Source: a bacterium
Lineage (GTDB): Bacteria > SAR324 > XYD2-FULL-50-16
DNA: 48,823 nt
Assembly (NCBI GenBank): GCA_032250835.1
Contig: JAVVEA010000022.1
Span: 1-48,823, forward strand
Direction: 5' to 3'
The notes below the pieces were generated by a model. It was not told the origin of the DNA, searched no databases, and saw nothing but the letters and a program-made list of their open reading frames with translations. Positions 1 to 8,858 of this stretch are shown here, piece by piece (position 1 is the first letter of the stretch; each line of letters opens with the position of its first letter). The translations under genes and the position numbers were made by a program.

Positions 1-305
1 GGCTTGGCGCTGGCGAGCGAGAGGCCGATAAACCGCATGAAGGAGATCCGGTCGAATAGGGCGTCTTCGGTTTGGGTGTCGCTCAAGTTGTACCAGCGTT
101 GGAGCATCAGCACTTTAACCATCATCAACGGAGGATAGCCCTCTTGGCCGGTGGCATCCTGATTCCTGCCCAAACGCTTCTGGACGACCCGTTCAATCGG
201 CCTCCAATCAATCAACTGCTCCACCTTTTCTAAAAACCCTGCCGAGGGGTGATCAAAAACCAGGGCATCGGCGAGGGTGAAGGAGGTTTCGATTTTGCGC
301 TTCAT
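1..305 (-). CDS. IS5-family transposase, N-terminal part (runs off left edge)
   Basis: Not in ORF track; own translation from ATG at 305: MKRKIETSFTLADALVFDHPSAGFLEKVEQLIDWRPIERVV...GQEGYPPLMMVKVLMLQRWYNLSDTQTEDALFDRISFMRFIGLS, the typical IS5 (DUF772-type) N-terminal signature. Confidence 0.9.
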   Translation of the reverse strand, partial: MKRKIETSFTLADALVFDHPSAGFLEKVEQLIDWRPIERVVQKRLGRNQDATGQEGYPPLMMVKVLMLQRWYNLSDTQTEDALFDRISFMRFIGLSLASAK

Positions 306-395
306 GGGGCTTCTCCGCTAGAGTTTTTGAAACTATAGCATAATATATCAGTATATTAAAGCGAAAAATGTAGGTTTTCCCCGTGCAGCGGTCTT
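1..395 (-). mobile_element. IS5-family insertion sequence, left end (partial)
   Basis: Transposase start plus a candidate terminal IR reading AAGACCGCTGCACG on the - strand near 395, resembling GAGACC..TGCA IS5-subgroup ends; the other end is outside the window so the boundary is approximate. Confidence 0.65.
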
Positions 396-424
396 AAAGA
401 ATCTTCCCCCAAAAGGAGGCCGTT

Positions 425-646
425 GTGCGCAAAGAACCTTATATAGTGGACGTGAAAGCCGGGCAAACCTATCATTTTTGCCGGTGCGGCTTGAGTAAGA
501 CCCTGCCCCATTGCGACGGCTCCCATCAAGAGGTGGGCGTAGAGCCGATGGTGGAAACCTTTGAGGGGGACCGAACCGTCTATATCTGTGGTTGTTTTAA
601 GTCCAGCAGTCGCCCCTATTGCGACGGGACCCACACAAAGTTGTGA
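425..646 (+). CDS. CDGSH iron-sulfur domain protein (two CDGSH motifs, MiNT/CISD3-like)
   Basis: CRCGLSKTLPHCDGSH and CGCFKSSSRPYCDGTH motifs; AGGAGG RBS before the GTG start. Confidence 0.92.
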   Translation: MRKEPYIVDVKAGQTYHFCRCGLSKTLPHCDGSHQEVGVEPMVETFEGDRTVYICGCFKSSSRPYCDGTHTKL

Positions 647-726
647 AAGCGGGTTGACTCTGACTTGGCAAAGCACAGGTAAATCTGCAATTCTGGGGCG
701 AATTGACTTCTTCTTCTTTGGGTCCT

Positions 727-1884
727 ATGAAGCGGATTTACCTTTTTCTATTGTTGCCCCTGTGGGTCGGTTGTGGTGGTGGCGACACCCTTTCGGTGGT
801 CAGTAAGCGTTGCTTGAATATCGACGTCCCCGCAGGCTATACGTTGCCCGACACGGGGCAACGTACCTGCTATGACCAAAGTGGGGACCAGATTTCCTGC
901 CCCGCCTCCACGGCAGATGCCTACGGCCAAGACGCCCAATACAGCCAAGGCCGTGATTTTATCCTCTGCGGCCACCATAAAGTCTTCTTCGACAACCAAA
1001 CGGGGCTCTACTGGGTCCGCGGCACCCAAAGCCGCACCACCTATGAAGCGGCCTCAACGGCCTGCGACGGCTTGGAAATAGACCAGCTTTCCAATTGGCG
1101 GCTGCCGAACCTGCGTGAATTGAGCAGTCTCTTAGACTATTCGGGTACGGTGGACGCTAGCAGCTCGGGCGCGCCCAGCAATCCCTTCATTATCGATAAT
1201 CTGGCCTTTAGCTACGACAGCAGCTCGGACACCACCGGTGACCAAACTATCCAGATGATGGGCCAAAGCTGGACCAGCACCGCCCGCCCCGATCTGACCA
1301 GTTCGCATTATACAGTCAACTTTTTAACCGGCAACATCGAGAGCGACAACACCAGCGACAGCACCGCCGACGCTTTTTATCGCTGTGTTCAGGGGACCGA
1401 ACAGGGGATGGTTAGCCGCTACACCAGCTTGGGCGATGGCACCAGTCAAGACGCCACCACTGATCTGATGTGGCAGCAAACCGCCAGCAACACCCGCTAC
1501 AGCTGGCAAGAGGCGCTCGCCTATTGCGAAGGACTTGAACTGGGCGGCTATACCGACTGGCGTTTGCCCAACATCAGCGAATTGCAAAGCCTAGTGGACT
1601 ATGGCAACGCCACGGTGGGGCTGGATACCCAGTATTTTGGCTACAGTCATGACACCGGCACCCTCGGTTATTATTGGAGCGGGACCACCGATGAGGAAAC
1701 CCCGGCTTACGCCTTTTATGTCTGTTTTGGCCCCTGCTCTAACGCCGACAGTACCGCTGACGTGATGGGCCCCGGTGCGGTCCGTTCGGGCCCCAAATAC
1801 GACGACGGCAACCTGCCCACCTCGATTGGCGCCTACCAAGATTATGTACAGGCGAGTAACTATGTACGGTGTGTCCGTAATTGA
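727..1884 (+). CDS. DUF1566 (Lcl-domain) lipoprotein
   Basis: Signal peptide with lipobox LWVG-C from ATG 727; LPDTGQxxCY..GQDAQY, two DxxTGLxW...WRLPNxxELxSLxDY repeats, terminal YVRCVR. Confidence 0.85.
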   Translation: MKRIYLFLLLPLWVGCGGGDTLSVVSKRCLNIDVPAGYTLPDTGQRTCYDQSGDQISCPASTADAYGQDAQYSQGRDFILCGHHKVFFDNQTGLYWVRGTQSRTTYEAASTACDGLEIDQLSNWRLPNLRELSSLLDYSGTVDASSSGAPSNPFIIDNLAFSYDSSSDTTGDQTIQMMGQSWTSTARPDLTSSHYTVNFLTGNIESDNTSDSTADAFYRCVQGTEQGMVSRYTSLGDGTSQDATTDLMWQQTASNTRYSWQEALAYCEGLELGGYTDWRLPNISELQSLVDYGNATVGLDTQYFGYSHDTGTLGYYWSGTTDEETPAYAFYVCFGPCSNADSTADVMGPGAVRSGPKYDDGNLPTSIGAYQDYVQASNYVRCVRN

Positions 1885-2023
1885 GGAAAAGGGTGCTTTT
1901 TTAACTACCTGTTGGAAAAAGACATTTATTTTACAAAGGCCCTGTTGCAAGGAACCATAAGGGTTTAGAAGTCAAATATAGCTCTTTTGGGGGCTAAAGA
2001 GCCTGCTTGCGGCAGAATAAAGA

Positions 2024-2052
2024 TAGACAAGCGCTTCGGGCTCTTGTAGTCT
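2024..2052 (+). promoter_or_regulatory. sigma70-type promoter for the DEAD-box helicase leader
   Basis: TAGACA-N17-TAGTCT. Confidence 0.45.
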
Positions 2053-2057
2053 CGGGG

Positions 2058-2435
2058 CAGACTAAGTCAAAGATTTGGTCCTAAAGCCGTTCCTGCTTAA
2101 TCAAGCATCCGGCACCACGCCTCCGGGCGTATCCTATAGGGTCGACTACCACTGGACCCGAAACTAACCACCAGTCAGTGGATCAAGGTCCTGGTGAGCC
2201 ACCGGACCAGGAATCCGCATCCAATCGCTTACCGCAGAATCGGAAGATTTTGGGCCACTACCATAGCCCCTCCTTTTCCGTCGGCGCGGTGAATCCAACG
2301 GGCTTATCGGCCCTGTGGGGTTTGAGCCACCCCTCCCAACGTAGACTATATCGGTCCCGCGGTTGAGCTAAAGGCTCCCGAGGACCCAAGAAAAACGGCG
2401 GCAAGACCGCCAACAAACCACAGTATAGGTAGATT
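2058..2435 (+). promoter_or_regulatory. candidate long structured 5' leader of the DEAD-box helicase
   Basis: ~380 nt without a credible ORF, containing serial hairpins (ACGCC-TCCG-GGCGT; CCACTG...CAGTGG; TCCTGGT...ACCAGGA; GGTCC..GAGC-TAAAG-GCTC..GGACC; GGCGG-CAAGA-CCGCC). Confidence 0.4.
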
Positions 2436-3797
2436 TTGTTAAAATTTGAAGAACTGGCACTCATTCCCGAACTGATCCAATCGCTCAAGTCCGCGGGCTA
2501 CGATACGCCCACCCCGATTCAAGCCCAGTCTATCCCCCACTTATTAGAAGGCAAAGACCTTTTGGGTATCGCCCAAACCGGTACCGGCAAAACCGCCGCT
2601 TTCGCTTTGCCGATCTTAAACCACTTAGCCCTTTCGGGCGGTCGGGCCAAGCCGGGCCATTGCCGCGCTTTGATCCTGACCCCGACCCGCGAGTTGGCCT
2701 CGCAGATTTTCGATAGCTTAAAAACCTATGGCAAAAACCTGCGCATGCACAACACCGTGATCTTCGGCGGCGTTAACCAGAACCCCCAAGTTCGCGCCAT
2801 GCTGCGCGGTGTGGATGTTTTGGTGGCTACCCCCGGTCGCTTGATGGACCTGATGAATCAGGGCCAAGTGCATTTGGGCCAAGTGGAGGTCTTTGTCCTC
2901 GATGAAGCCGACCGCATGTTGGACATGGGTTTTATCAACGACATCCGCAAGATTTCGGCAAAGGTGCCCCAGCAGCGCCAAACGTTGCTCTTCTCGGCTA
3001 CCATGCCCAAAGACATCGCCGCGCTGGCCGCCAGCCTGCTCAAAGACCCGGTCCGGGTGGAAATCAGCCCCGAGTCGACCACTGTTGAGCGGATCACCCA
3101 AAAGGTGATGCTGGTCCAGAAGAGCCAAAAGTCCGCTTTGCTGCGCGACATCTTGGCCATGGAATCCATTGATCAGGCCTTGGTCTTTAGCCGCACCAAG
3201 CGCGGTGCCGACCGGTTGGTCAGTGACCTGAGCCGCTACGGGGTCCCTTGTGACGCCATCCACGGCAACAAAACCCAATCGGCGCGTCAGCGTTCTTTGG
3301 GTAACTTCCGCTCTGGTAAGTTGCGGGTTTTGGTGGCTACCGACATCGCCGCGCGCGGTATCGACGTCGCCGGGATCAGCCATGTGATCAACTACGACCT
3401 GCCCAACGAGCCGGAATCTTACGTACACCGCATCGGTCGTACCGCAAGAGCCGGACGCGAAGGCACGGCGATCTCTTTTTGTGATGCTTCGGAACGGCCC
3501 TTGTTGCTCGCTATTGAGCGCTCGATCCGCAAGAAGTTGCCCCGGCACGAACACGACCGGATCGACTTTACCGCGCCTCATCATCAGGAATTGCCCTTGC
3601 AGCCTGAAGCCGCCTTGGCCGCTCAGAAAACCCATAGCCAAAAGCACAAGCCCAAGACCCACGGTACCGCTGCGGTAACCGCCGGTCCCGGTGCTGCTGC
3701 GGGCAATGGTGGTTCGAAGCGCCCCTCGCGCCGGATGGTGACTTCGGCCCCCGCTGGTGGCCCTTCTAGAAGGCCTTCACGCCGTAAGGTAGTGTAA
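2436..3797 (+). CDS. rhlE: ATP-dependent DEAD-box RNA helicase, RhlE type
   Basis: Q motif, [34 protein letters not shown]; basic disordered C-tail. Confidence 0.92.
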   Translation: MLKFEELALIPELIQSLKSAGYDTPTPIQAQSIPHLLEGKDLLGIAQTGTGKTAAFALPILNHLALSGGRAKPGHCRALILTPTRELASQIFDSLKTYGKNLRMHNTVIFGGVNQNPQVRAMLRGVDVLVATPGRLMDLMNQGQVHLGQVEVFVLDEADRMLDMGFINDIRKISAKVPQQRQTLLFSATMPKDIAALAASLLKDPVRVEISPESTTVERITQKVMLVQKSQKSALLRDILAMESIDQALVFSRTKRGADRLVSDLSRYGVPCDAIHGNKTQSARQRSLGNFRSGKLRVLVATDIAARGIDVAGISHVINYDLPNEPESYVHRIGRTARAGREGTAISFCDASERPLLLAIERSIRKKLPRHEHDRIDFTAPHHQELPLQPEAALAAQKTHSQKHKPKTHGTAAVTAGPGAAAGNGGSKRPSRRMVTSAPAGGPSRRPSRRKVV

Positions 3798-3801
3798 TCA
3801 A

Positions 3802-3826
3802 AACCCAAGCATTTTTTGCTTGGGTT
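3802..3826 (+). terminator. hairpin after the helicase (possible terminator)
   Basis: AACCCAAGCA-TTTTT-TGCTTGGGTT 10-bp stem; weak U tail. Confidence 0.5.
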
Positions 3827-3892
3827 CCTCGGAAAAATGGGGTTATGCTGGGCTCAAATTCGAGTCCAGTGAACCTCATTCAAGAGGAGCCA

Positions 3893-4225
3893 ATGTATTC
3901 AAATTCTTTAGCCAAACCCTTGGCTGACTCCCCCCGACCTTACCGATCTCAAGATTCCAGCCCTATTTGGTCTACCCAGGTAGCCTTGGCTAAAGCCCAA
4001 AAGCTGGGACTTAAGTTAAGTGCCGAAGCTTGGGCTGTGGTGCAGACCGCCAGGGAACTGGGGCAGTCCCAAGGAACCCTACCTCACCTTTACCTTTTGG
4101 TGGGCCATGCGGGGCGGCAGATGAATCTTAGCCAAAAACGCGCCCTGCGCCGCTTGTATCAGCTTTTTGGCGGCGACCCCAGGCCGCGTCTGGCCTATTT
4201 AACAGACCTACAGTTGGCCCCTTAG
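3893..4225 (+). CDS. TusE/DsrC-like protein lacking C-terminal cysteines
   Basis: GAGGAG RBS before ATG 3893; W..QVA...A...GLKLS.EAW.VV..AR...P.L....LY.LF.G.P pattern of the DsrC family, but no Cys anywhere. Confidence 0.6.
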   Translation: MYSNSLAKPLADSPRPYRSQDSSPIWSTQVALAKAQKLGLKLSAEAWAVVQTARELGQSQGTLPHLYLLVGHAGRQMNLSQKRALRRLYQLFGGDPRPRLAYLTDLQLAP

Positions 4226-4237
4226 GCCAAGCCAACC

Positions 4238-4266
4238 TTGAAGCACCTCGACAGATCGGTTATAAT
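4238..4266 (+). promoter_or_regulatory. sigma70 promoter
   Basis: TTGAAG-N17-TATAAT upstream of the GST gene. Confidence 0.65.
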
Positions 4267-4303
4267 AAAGGTTCAATGAACTTTACCGAAAGGATGAGGA
4301 ATC

Positions 4304-5257
4304 ATGGGGCGGTTAGTAGACGGCCAATGGCAAGACGACGATTTTGTGAACAAACAAGGCAGCGGGGCTTTTGACCGCGCGCCTTCAGCGATCCGCGACT
4401 GGGTCCGCGCCGATGGCAGCACCGCCTTTGGCCCCCAAGCGGGCCGCTACCACCTTTATCTTTCTTGGGCCTGCCCCTGGGCCCACCGCACCCTGATTTT
4501 ACGCGCCTTGAAGGGGTTGGAATCGGCCATCGGCGTCAGCTTTGTGGACGCGCTGATGGGCCCCAAGGGTTGGAGCTTTTCGACTCCTCCGGGCCATCAG
4601 CCCAAGGGCCTGCCCTCGCCCCGCTTCCTGCACCAACTCTACCAATACCATGACGCCCATTATAACGGCCGGGTCACGGTGCCGCTGCTTTGGGACTGCC
4701 AGACCGACCGGGCGGTGAACAACGAGTCTTCTGAAATCATTATCATGTTGGATCAGGAATTCCAGCAAATCGCCCAAGACCCAACCGAATATTACCCCGC
4801 CGCCCTGCGCCCGCAAATCGACGAGCTCAACGCCTGGATCTATGAAGAGGTCAACAACGGCGTCTACCGCTGCGGCTTTGCGGGGACTCAGGGGGCCTAT
4901 GAAGAGGCCTTTGCCCAACTCTTTGTCGCCTTGGACCGCTTAGAGGGCATCTTGGGAACCAACCGCTACCTGACCGGGGACCGCTTGACGCTGGCCGACT
5001 GGCGGCTTTTCACCACCCTGATCCGCTTCGACGCCGTTTATGTGGGGCACTTCAAGTGCAACCTGCGCCGCATCGCCGACTACCCCAACCTACAAGGCTA
5101 CCTAAAGGAACTCTACCAAATGCCCCAAGTCCGCCCAACGGTAGATTTCGCCCAGATCAAAACCCACTACTACGCCAGCCACAAAAGCCTAAACCCCCAG
5201 GGCATCATCCCGATAGGGCCTTGGTTGGATTTGGAGGGACCCCATATGCGGGGTTGA
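4304..5257 (+). CDS. yqjG: glutathionyl-hydroquinone reductase (Xi-class GST, YqjG/ECM4 family)
   Basis: GRYHLY..ACPWAHR, GRVTVP.LWD, NNESSEII, NNGVYRCGFA, RFDAVY..HFKCN, IK.HYY.SH. Confidence 0.93.
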   Translation: MGRLVDGQWQDDDFVNKQGSGAFDRAPSAIRDWVRADGSTAFGPQAGRYHLYLSWACPWAHRTLILRALKGLESAIGVSFVDALMGPKGWSFSTPPGHQPKGLPSPRFLHQLYQYHDAHYNGRVTVPLLWDCQTDRAVNNESSEIIIMLDQEFQQIAQDPTEYYPAALRPQIDELNAWIYEEVNNGVYRCGFAGTQGAYEEAFAQLFVALDRLEGILGTNRYLTGDRLTLADWRLFTTLIRFDAVYVGHFKCNLRRIADYPNLQGYLKELYQMPQVRPTVDFAQIKTHYYASHKSLNPQGIIPIGPWLDLEGPHMRG

Positions 5258-5316
5258 GCAAGCCCCCGCACGAGCGGGAACAGGGCGAGGAACTCTGAAA
5301 ATCAGGGGATAAACTT

Positions 5317-5335
5317 AGTATGCTGTCACCTGATT
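5317..5335 (-). repeat. boundary motif copy 1 (AATCAGGTGACAGCATACT on - strand)
   Basis: Matches the shared GGTGACAG motif; a partial + strand copy AATCAGGGGA lies at 5300-5309. Confidence 0.75.
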
Positions 5336-5469
5336 ACGTTGACTTGCCTAAAAGAGCTTCAAAACTTTGCGGGGAAAAGCCCTTTCGTTAGATGTGAGCT
5401 AGCAGGATCGAAGGCAATGGCCAGACCAAGAAACAGGTAATTCAGTTCCCAGATTCGACATCTTGAATC

Positions 5470-5498
5470 TTGATTTGCGTGCCGAATAGGCATACAAT
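5470..5498 (+). promoter_or_regulatory. sigma70 promoter of the BrnT-like TA operon, probably leaderless
   Basis: TTGATT-N17-TACAAT ending 5 nt before ATG 5504; TGCC-N5-GGCA palindrome in the spacer. Confidence 0.55.
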
Positions 5499-5503
5499 CA
5501 CCC

Positions 5504-5752
5504 ATGAAGAATAAATTTCGGTGGAATCCAAAGAAGAACATCCTGCTAGAAAAGACACGTGGTGTCTCTTTTGAAGTGATCGTTGCCCTGTTTGAAACCG
5601 GGAAATTCACCGTCAGGCGACACCCTACAAGGCCGAATCAAAAAATCGCTACCTTGGTTTTGGAGGGTTATCCCTGGGATGTGTCCTTTGTGGAAGAAGA
5701 AAGCGGAGTGTTCTTCTTGAAGACCGCCTACCCCAACCGGAAGCGAAAATGA
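5504..5752 (+). CDS. BrnT-like type II toxin
   Basis: 82 aa; F.WN..KN..L...RGVSFE..., FLKTAYPNRK; 4-nt overlap with antitoxin. Confidence 0.8.
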   Translation: MKNKFRWNPKKNILLEKTRGVSFEVIVALFETGKFTVRRHPTRPNQKIATLVLEGYPWDVSFVEEESGVFFLKTAYPNRKRK

Positions 5753-6051
5753 GCAAGAAACGAGACTACAACGATCCGAAGATGTTTGAGCCAATGGACG
5801 CCGAAGAAGCGGAGTTGATGGCCGAGGCGGACAGCTATGTATCTTTAGACGAATCCGAGTCGGAACGCATCAAAGAAGCGCTGCAAATTGCCGCCAAGAA
5901 CAGCTTGAAAAAGACCGAACGGACGAACATCCGCATCAGCGAGGCCGACTTGGAAGCGCTAAAGCTATTGGCTGCTCAAGAAGGGGTGGGTTACCAAACC
6001 CTCATCTCCGGCATTCTGCACAAGGTGGCTTCGGGGCAGTTGGAGGTTTAG
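5749..6051 (+). CDS. BrnA/CopG-like antitoxin
   Basis: C-terminal RHH KTERTNIRISEADL..LK..A..EG..YQTLI..ILH. Confidence 0.85.
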   Translation: MSKKRDYNDPKMFEPMDAEEAELMAEADSYVSLDESESERIKEALQIAAKNSLKKTERTNIRISEADLEALKLLAAQEGVGYQTLISGILHKVASGQLEV

Positions 6052-6097
6052 TCAGGTTAGCTGCGATAGGCCTGAACGCTCCTTGTTTAAGGTCTCA

Positions 6098-6158
6098 AAA
6101 ATTAGGGGACAGTTACCTAAATTTCGAAATCAAAAATCAGTATACTGTCACCTGATTT
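6098..6158. repeat. boundary motif copies 2 (+, ~6098-6123) and 3 (-, ~6133-6158), inverted pair
   Basis: AAATTAGGGGACAGTTACCTAAATT on +; AAATCAGGTGACAGTATACTGATTT on -; each is itself a short stem-loop. Confidence 0.85.
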
Positions 6159-6388
6159 CACGGAATTCGCTAAATGAGCAATTGATCGGCAAATATCTTG
6201 ACCAAGGGATACGCTCCCAAAACAGCGGTATTCTCTGGGTCGTGAATAAAACAGGAAAACAGTTTCAAAAGGATGATGGAACTTTGACAAGCTTTGAGGA
6301 AGCCATTGAGATACTGAATATTGAAGCGCAACCAAAAGCTTTAGAGTGGGGATTAGCTGGTCTTCAGGTGATTGGGGCGCAACTTTAA
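6159..6388 (+). pseudogene. 3'-terminal fragment of a larger gene, truncated at the motif
   Basis: Frame SLNEQLIGKYLDQGIRSQNSGILWVV...LQVIGAQL* has no start/RBS of its own after the motif; resembles (from memory) C-termini of large NACHT/STAND proteins. Confidence 0.4.
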
Positions 6389-6415
6389 AGCGGTTTTCGA
6401 ATCTAGGGATTTACG

Positions 6416-7783
6416 ATGCTTTATGATGTTTTTATTTGTCACGCAAGCGAAGATAAAGATGCATTCGTACGCCCTTTGGCGGATAAGCTTAAAAACAGTC
6501 ATTTGGAAGTTTGGTACGATGAGTTTTCACTTTCCGTAGGAGATAGTCTTCGGGAGTCGATTGATAAGGGCCTTGCAAAGTCGCGTTTTGGAATCGTCGT
6601 GTTAAGCCCAGCTTTTTTTGAAAAGAGTTGGGCGAAGCGGGAACTAAACGGGTTGACCTCTCGTGAAATGAACTCCTCTGACTCCCTGATCTTGCCAATT
6701 TGGCATAATGTCAATCTTGATCAAGTCCTAGATTTCTCACCTCCCTTGGCCGACAAAAAAGCCATTGTTTCTAATGAAGGCATAGACTTTGTTTGTTTCG
6801 AACTATTAAAAAAACTACGTCCTGATGAAAGCCCTTTGTTGGTAGCAAGAGACGAGCTAATCCATTTCGGCTTGAATCCGCCGGTTGTGACTGATGAATA
6901 CTGGCTTGATGTTGTTGAAGCGTCCAATCGTATTCCATGTTGGGGATTTGTCCCTCCGCCTGGTGTCGACTGGGGAAGATGGACCTTCCCGTTGCCCAAT
7001 TTTCAAAGTAAGGGAGAATATCGGGGAGTTCGGCTTGCATGGACTGCAATGCAAATGCAGTGGGAAAAGGAAGCTGAACGAATACCTATCACACAAATTA
7101 CCCCTCCTGAAATTGTGCAGGAATTTATACGTACGCAGCCAGGGCTTAGGGAGATTTGCCATAAATACCCAAACTTACTAGCCGAATATGCACCTCAGCT
7201 TACAATCGTAGGGTATGGCGGTGAATTCGAAGAAGATTTTAAGCAATTGCTGGAGGACTCTGAAAGGAAACGGAGGGAACAAAAAGATACGATTTCTGGC
7301 ACCGGCCTAACGATAAACAAGGAAGTGCCCAAGTGTGATCAAAATATTGCCTTGCGACACCCAACTTTCGGTGATTATGAGTCAGATATCGTTGCAAGTC
7401 AGTTTGTCAGCGGGGATTTGGGCGGTCCTCATGTTAAGTATTATCGGACTTTCGATTATCTCGTGTGGTTGCTTTCATCAGATTCTGAATGGTTACCTAC
7501 ACCGATTTGGGAAACGCTTATAGAAGGCATAAAAAAGTGGAATACTTGGCTTCCGAATGATTCCATGGAGGAATTCTCGGCTCCTTTTATCCAATCAATT
7601 GCAAGGGCGAAAACCTATAAAACCTTTCAATTTGGCAAGAAAACACAAGCATCGTTAAAACAGATAATTGAGCAAGCAGCCAGGAATATGGCTTTGATTG
7701 GAGATGTAGATGAGGTGTATAATAAATTTATTGCGCAGGGTTTTATTCAGGAGTATTTTAAGCGTAGCAAAAGAGCTCGATAA
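6416..7783 (+). CDS. TIR-domain protein (N-terminal TIR_2 plus unknown ~320-aa C-terminal region), candidate defence protein
   Basis: YDVFICHASEDK..FVRPLA..L....VWYDEF.L.VGDSLRESIDKGL..SRFGIVVLS..FF.K.WAKREL; visibly AT-richer than flanks. Confidence 0.88.
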   Translation: MLYDVFICHASEDKDAFVRPLADKLKNSHLEVWYDEFSLSVGDSLRESIDKGLAKSRFGIVVLSPAFFEKSWAKRELNGLTSREMNSSDSLILPIWHNVNLDQVLDFSPPLADKKAIVSNEGIDFVCFELLKKLRPDESPLLVARDELIHFGLNPPVVTDEYWLDVVEASNRIPCWGFVPPPGVDWGRWTFPLPNFQSKGEYRGVRLAWTAMQMQWEKEAERIPITQITPPEIVQEFIRTQPGLREICHKYPNLLAEYAPQLTIVGYGGEFEEDFKQLLEDSERKRREQKDTISGTGLTINKEVPKCDQNIALRHPTFGDYESDIVASQFVSGDLGGPHVKYYRTFDYLVWLLSSDSEWLPTPIWETLIEGIKKWNTWLPNDSMEEFSAPFIQSIARAKTYKTFQFGKKTQASLKQIIEQAARNMALIGDVDEVYNKFIAQGFIQEYFKRSKRAR

Positions 7784-7824
7784 TATCATCTCCAGGGCTC
7801 TTTTACTAGGATTGTGACAAAATC

Positions 7825-7850
7825 AAAATCAGGTGACAGTTACCTATTTT
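7825..7850 (+). repeat. boundary motif copy 4
   Basis: AAAATCAGGTGACAGTTACCTATTTT. Confidence 0.85.
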
Positions 7851-8716
7851 TTCGCCCCTAAATCCCAAGAACTGGGATGTACGGCTCTTAGGTTCCCTTT
7901 TGCGAGCGGCTTAGAGCCCCTAGCCGCGCTAAGCAGCTCCGAAGCTAGGGAGTCGGCTTCGCCGACGGTTAACACAGCAACACTAGCAGTGCTCGCATCA
8001 CTACGCCCGCAGCCCCCTCTGCTCTTAGCTTTGAAAATTCTTGGGAGGATAGGGTCTTTTGATACCCCCATTGGTGAGACGCTTAGAGCCCCTAGCCAAG
8101 CATAGCGTTAAGAAAGCCAACTGTCTGACCTTCGAGCGCAGCGAGGGCGAGTTTTGGCTTTTAGCGTAGCTTGGCGTAGGGGGTCTTAGCGGTGAGCCTT
8201 TGGGGGCTGGTTTTTTTGCTTCTTTTCCATTGGGTGTTGGCTTCGCCAACTGTTTAGGCTACGCAACACTCGCTGGCTCGCGTCGTCACACACGTCGCCC
8301 TCGGCCTGCGGCCTCGAAGCTCCTTAGTGAGCCAAAAAAGAAGTCCCAACTCTCAATTTCTTCCAGCAATTTTGTGCCTCCCATTGGCCAGAAGGGAAGA
8401 GCCTTGCGAACCGAGGGATTCACGCCCTCAAGCGTCGCTGCGCTCACGGCACTCAGTAGGACGGGTTTTAGGCGGAAAGCCCCCGCAAGAGCCGGAACAG
8501 GACAAAGCGCTCTTGCGGGGAGGGGCGTGAGCCCCCTTGGGGAACCGGACCGGGGGGCGGCCTGAGTTGAAATCTTAAACCTGTGCGGCCAGAATTTGGT
8601 CCATCTCGCTGGCCAACAGGTCCAGGTGTTTTTTCTTCTCGTCGGCCATCCCCATAAAGAGTTTTTTGGAGTTCTCCTTGGTCGCTTGTTCCGAAAGGCG
8701 GGTATAAAAGTCATTG
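7851..8716. repeat. diverged, partly rearranged direct-repeat copy of ~9529-10358
   Basis: Shared blocks: GGTTCCCTTTTGCGAGCGGCTTAGAGCCCCTAGCCGCGCTAAGCAGCT; GGCTCGCGTCGTCACACACGTCGCCCTCGGCCTGCGGCCTCGAAGCTCCTTAGTG; AAGCCCCCGCAAGAGCCGGAACAGGACAAAGC... Confidence 0.85.
8575..8712 (-). pseudogene. 5'-truncated duplicate of the last 46 codons of the rhodanese-rubrerythrin gene
   Basis: Reads DFYTRLSEQATKENSKKLFMGMADEKKKHLDLLASEMDQILAAQV* versus intact DFYTRLSEQASKDDSKKLFMEMADEEKKHLGLLAGEMDQILAAQA* (10221-10358). Confidence 0.9.
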
Positions 8717-8740
8717 AAATCAGGTGACCGTATACCTAAT
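8717..8740 (+). repeat. boundary motif copy 5
   Basis: AAATCAGGTGACCGTATACCTAAT, 4 nt from the truncation point of the gene fragment. Confidence 0.8.
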
Positions 8741-8804
8741 CTGTGGATTGGAAAAAATGGTTAAACTGCCCCATGATTTTCTGATGGTTCAATTTTAATT
8801 TCGC

Positions 8805-8833
8805 TTTACAATACTATTGCCTTAAGATATGCT
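8805..8833 (+). promoter_or_regulatory. sigma70 promoter of higBA
   Basis: TTTACA-N17-TATGCT. Confidence 0.55.
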
Positions 8834-8858
8834 TTTCTCGAAATCACTAGGCAAAAGA

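Noticed and set aside
2718-3662. 314-aa antisense ORF (and similar long antisense ORFs over rnfB, the MCP and GH15)
   Set aside because: Typical GC-rich codon-bias shadows opposite well-supported genes
6083-6158. TTG start for a 101-aa ORF at 6083
   Set aside because: The N-terminal part is translated repeat-motif DNA; treated as a truncated fragment from ~6159
7833-8714. ORFs 7833-8105, 8200-8565, 8286-8714 and similar ones at 9642-9960
   Set aside because: They run through palindromic repeat DNA; 8286-8714 is an off-frame reading of the duplicated gene tail
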